DNA of 64,000 nucleotides from Klebsormidium nitens. Lineage: Eukaryota; Plantae; Klebsormidiophyceae. The notes beneath the pieces are model-generated. The model saw only the letters and a list, made by a program, of their open reading frames with translations. It was not told the DNA's origin and did no database searches. Positions within the stretch are counted from its first letter, which is position 1. The number at the start of each line of letters is the position of its first letter. Both the position numbers and the translations under genes were made by a program. Shown piece after piece: positions 59,801 through 64,000 of the stretch. The stretch is taken from positions 124,001-188,000 of the forward strand of contig DF237015.1 of the NCBI GenBank assembly GCA_000708835.1, given 5' to 3'.

Positions 59801-62566
59801 NNNNNNNNNNNNNNNNNNNNNNNNNNNNNNNNNNNNNNNNNNNNNNNNNNNNNNNNNNNNNNNNNNNNNNNNNNNNNNNNNNAGGCCAATCAATGGCCTG
59901 GGCAAAGGAAGCCTTTCTTTCAGTGGACTTTGGATTGTACAATTCAAGTATCATGAGCCTTCATATATTCGAAGGCCCCTTGTCTGGATCGGTGCGCATT
60001 GCTGAGCGAAGGATTTGTGCCCGAATGTTGCCAGATTGGCGCCTTGTGCCTTAACGGCTCCCGTTGTAAATCCTTCAAGCTTCGTCTTCCCTGCAGACGA
60101 GAAGGGCTTGGAGTTTGACAAGTACGGCATCATGATCAAGGTCAAGTTCAGGTGAGCAAGAGCCGTCTCCTCCATCCGGCTAAGCGCCGGCGGTCGGTGT
60201 CTTAACACTGAATTGCATTTGATTGTATTGTACTGGATTGTCCTTAGCATATCTGCAAACAGTGGCTTCCCGGGTTCTAATCAAAGCCTTACCACTTGGC
60301 CGGATACATGAAAGGTCTGGCGAATCAAGTTCCGCGGGCCATAGGCGCGGACTGGAAACGCGCCGCCTTGCCATACTAGTGAAATGTTAATTGCCGTATT
60401 AAAGTATCCCAGATCAACTTGAGAATCGTGTTGGAGCCCTTCCGGAGTTTGCAAGGCGCGCTCTCGCAGCGGATTACCAATCTCTGTCCGAACTTCAACG
60501 CTAAGTCTGCAATCCTTCACGCTTTAGGACTTTCCAGGTGTCAGTTCGTGCTAACTCTTTGTTGGCACTTTCACCACAGAGAGGGAGAGCCGTTGGCGGT
60601 GTTGAGCACGCAGCACCACTCGGGAGGGGTAAGTCTCGTATTCACACCTCTCCCCATCGCCGGTGTTTGTCAGTCCCGCCGCGCCGCTCTTTCTCATGGA
60701 GGAAGTTTCTCCGTTTAGATCCTGGCTCGACTACGGTCGCCTGAAGCTACTCGACCTTGTACGGTAATTCGCTCTATACCGCTTCCCCACTGAGTTATCT
60801 CTTGCGTTACCTTTGATTCACCCTTTCCATCCTAGAAAGATAAGTGCTGAGACGACTGCATACCACCTTTCTGTTATGCTGAAGTTAATCTTGAGACGAC
60901 TGGAATTTAAGCCTGACAAAATTTTCCGTTATTGGCAGGAGCGGTCGGTGTCCACTATTCTGTACCTCATCTCCATGCAAGACCTGTCCAAGTGCCCCTT
61001 CCGGGTTGTCGACGAGATCAACCAAGGTGAGCGCCGTTTCGGAGCTCTTCCGTCTCGCTGGAAGCGTTTTCCGCACATCGATAAGATGCAGCGCGTGGCA
61101 AACCGGATTCTGCAAAGTACTAGTGCATCCTCCGATTCAAAGCGCTTCTTAGGCACAGCCTTCCTCACATGGCAGAATATCGCAGAATATCAATTCAGAC
61201 CCTATCATGCTGTCCAATCGGCTTATGGAATTTCGAACCCCCGCATGCTTCGCCCCGAAACTTAGCTGCATCCACGTCAGTATACCAGTCCCAGTCAATT
61301 GGCAGTAAGAGCATCAGACGTTTTCTGCGTTACTTAAGTTGTTGTCGAACCTGGACTCCGACTGAGATTTTACTTTGCGCTTCTTTCCAGGCATGGACCC
61401 GAACAACGAGCGCAAGATGTTCCAGCAGCTCGTGCGCAGCGCCAGCCTGCCAGACACGCCCCAGTGAGCCCAGCTTCTCTTGTATTATTCTCTTCCCTTG
61501 CATCTCACATGATATATTAACAAGCGACCCGGTTAAGGGATACGCTAAGGGGTCTGTTCAGGTCTGGAAGGAATTAAGGTTCTGTAGCACTGCTATCCTA
61601 TGGGCGAACCCAAAATGCTAACAGTGTGGAGCAAGGCGACTAATATCACACCAGCTTCTCTACTCCAAGTAGAGTATCATATTCCTCCTCTCAGCGCTGC
61701 CCCTGTCATTAGCTTTATCGAATATGCCTTAACAGCCCTCCCTTTCCCTGCAAGACGGATTTCTCTACTCGAGTCATAGTTCCCCCATGAACGAGTTTCG
61801 CTTGAGCGCAGACTGCATATGTCTGGCTGGATTACCTGCGGCCAGGTTGTGCACAACATTGAGCTTGAGGTTCTCGTGTATGGAGAGATCCCTTTCCGTC
61901 GTGCGCTGGCAGGACGGAAGACACTGCATTTTCGGTGCGTCCTGACTGACGCTCCTGATTGACTCGCTCTAGGTGCTTCCTGCTCACACCGAAGCTGCTG
62001 CCTGACTTGGACTACTCCCCGGAGTGCACCATCTTGAACATCATGAACGGGCCGTGGCTGGGGGACACCGCAAAGAGTGAGCCGTTTTATAAGACAATGT
62101 TCCGCTTCTCTGGATCACGTTGCTTGGAGTGGGCACGAGAATCGAGCTGGGGAACGGTTTCGAAGCATTTTAGCCCTGATGCGTCAGCACAAGAAAGTCG
62201 AGGAAGTCACGAGTTCGTTCGTGTCAGTCTTGCAAATGTTGTGAGCATCATCCGTTGGAGGGAGCGTAGCCGTGTTTTGATATGATCCGTGCTCGTTTTG
62301 AACGAGCTACGTGTTCCACTCAAACGAGCTACAAAATTCGACTCTCTCAGACTACGCGATGTCCAGTCTGTCTTTCTTCGTTCAGTCTGCGTTTGCTTGT
62401 AAACTAGTGGCTTGCTTCTACATCAGCATCCGATGCAGTCCATCGTAGAAGCTTGTCGGGCGATCTAAGGATGCCCTTTGCAAACGTATTAGTGATGCAA
62501 ACCTTCTTTTGCTTTGCAGAGTGGAAACCTGACGAATCTCTTTTGGCCAACGTCGGCAAAGCCTAG
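47822..62566 (+). CDS. SMC5: Structural maintenance of chromosomes protein 5, about 28 exons
   Basis: N-terminal [33 protein letters not shown] (Walker A), LQVGNLCQ|FLPQDKVSEFA, then long coiled coils. C-terminal STQHHSGG|ERSVSTILYLISMQ...CPFRVVDEINQG|MDPNNERKMF and CFLLTPKLLPDLDY...ILNIMNGPW are SMC5-diagnostic. Last exon 62520-62566. Confidence 0.96.
52900..53555 (+). repeat. Four degenerate intronic copies of an SMC5 3' splice site plus exon start
   Basis: The true exon start gcAG|GTGACGGTGGACAACCGGCTGCACGCGCAGTTC (53521) is echoed at ~52950, ~53198, ~53296 and ~53401. The first two copies also share ~50 nt of upstream sequence. Confidence 0.9.
59530..59937. repeat. 43-bp perfect inverted repeat flanking ~320 bp (part gap) in an SMC5 intron; MITE-like
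   Basis: CAATCCAAAGTCCACTGAAAGAAAGGCTTCCTTTGCCCAGGCC from 59530, with its reverse complement ending at 59937. No clean TSD (TG left, TA right). Confidence 0.65.
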
Positions 62567-64000
62567 AAGTTTCTGCAACTCAAGGCGCCATTACAGTCGG
62601 TCGACATGGTATCACGAGCTTGCAAGCTGAATAATGTCGTTTACTCACATCCTGTACCTTTGAGATGTATGAAACTGCCGTATCGACGAGATGTAATCCA
62701 ATGACTCATGTGCACATCACCTAGGTAGTTGGCAATAAATCTTGATTCGAGCATGCATGATCCTGATTAGGCTGCAGGCTTAAGCCGATGTGTTTGCAAT
62801 AGCATATTAAATCGCTCATCGTAATGTATGGTACACTTCTGTCGTTTTGGATGCCTGATCCCAGAAGCTCGGCGATCGACGAACCTTCAATTCCTCATAT
62901 GGTTATATGACGCATGATTCAAAAGCTGTGTCAAGTTCGCATCTAGCGCTTCAAGTATGTGTGCATCGAAATGTGAACTAAGGGCTGCACGTCATCTTGT
63001 CTGAATCTAGGTACTCAAAGCTTTGATAAGTAGTAAAAGTTCTTGTGACATGATGCTCGATGTGTATAGCTAGTTTCAGATTTATCTAGTGATCCGTGTA
63101 TAGTCGAGTCGATGTCAGGCAAGCTAAAAAACCGTACATTAGTTAAGCCTCATTTGGCCACGAGTCAGTCGCACAATGATGCGGAAATTACCTGGTGCGA
63201 ATGATGATTTTCTCTTGCAAGATTTAAGCCTCAGGTTTGCCTAAATGACTAAATACCCAGATCTACTTTAGACGTCTAGCTGGACCCGGCAATGATAGCG
63301 TAATATTTGGCAACACAGCATCAGGCGTGCATGACGGCTTGTACCTACATTCACTGCTACATGCTGTAGACATGCTGGCTGCGGCCCATACGGTATACAT
63401 CTCCCGAAGCTAGGCTGAGTCAAATAATTATAGCTTAAGCCAGCTAGGCGCGTTGCGGGCCGGCCCGCCGCCACCGTCTGGCAGCCTGTCACGGTGCATC
63501 ATCATTCAATGATTGGTCCCGCTCAGTTGGCATGCAGGCCCGCGGCTATCATTATCGGCGGCGCCGCCGCGGCCGGTGGCGGGGCCGCCACCGCCCGGCC
63601 GCGCGGCGCCCGCACATGTTCACGGTTCACTGGTTCTGATCAAATCCATCAACGGTCCAAATGGCCCTCGGCGTCGAACGTCGATGCCGACTTGGACAAT
63701 TAGTCATGCCGTCGATTTCCTTCAGTTCATAGTTAGCCCTGAGCAGACCAGACTGCGAGTCGGGGCCATCTGGCAACCTCCGGCTGAATCGATCAAGCAC
63801 TTTATCCAGATTGGACGGTTCGATCTGCATATCAGCGCGCGCGCATGTTTATAGTCAGCGCTGACTCAGCTCAGTGTTGCCGGGCATGCTGACTCAGACG
63901 ACGGACATGGTCAGCGTTGCAGATTATCATGATGCAATGCTAGGGACGCATTCAATGCGGGGCTTCTAGCGACCATGCAGAGCAATACTTCTGCTTTCTC

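Larger units (their letters stand above)
16888..59882. other. Assembly gaps (N runs): 16888-17549, 24264-24497, 29740-30586, 33053-33678, 38777-39147, 42098-42632, 47420-47439, 59684-59882
   Basis: Runs of N in the sequence. ORFs spanning them in the track are artefacts. Confidence 0.99.

Noticed and set aside
16848-59956. Long ORFs composed mostly of X (e.g. 16848-17648, 29489-30613, 32906-33846, 38653-39187, 41934-42756, 59630-59956)
   Set aside because: Artefacts of N runs with no real coding evidence.
1-64000. tRNA, rRNA or snRNA genes
   Set aside because: No cloverleaf or conserved RNA motif was recognised by eye; a covariance-model scan was not possible.

Overview
Intron-rich, GC-rich eukaryotic DNA, most likely a streptophyte green alga (Klebsormidium-like; inferred from gene content and intron style, not verified). 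It contains eight N-gaps. Most six-frame ORFs are exon fragments or shadow ORFs, so gene models were rebuilt by eye from conserved motifs and splice sites, and exon limits may be off by a few bases. In order: (1) the 3' part of a separase gene (+, to 7282); (2) a complete CHX-type cation/H+ exchanger (-, 20117->9010); (3) two back-to-back PIF/Harbinger transposons (20491-25500 and ~25504-30655), each with a convergent Myb/trihelix gene and DDE transposase, joined through one shared TAA; (4) an unresolved low-coding stretch (30.7-34.5 kb); (5) a strongly diverged RPB2-like RNA polymerase second-largest subunit (+, 34681-46341); (6) SMC5 (+, 47822-62566). The most notable item is a 201-nt, phase 0-0, splice-site-flanked RING-H2 zinc-finger exon inside the RPB2 paralogue. 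That gene keeps the catalytic motifs, has substitutions at normally near-invariant active-site-proximal positions, and shows a +1 frameshift in a G run that may be an assembly error. A second recurring pattern is degenerate duplicates of exon ends, including the splice site, inside many introns of three genes.
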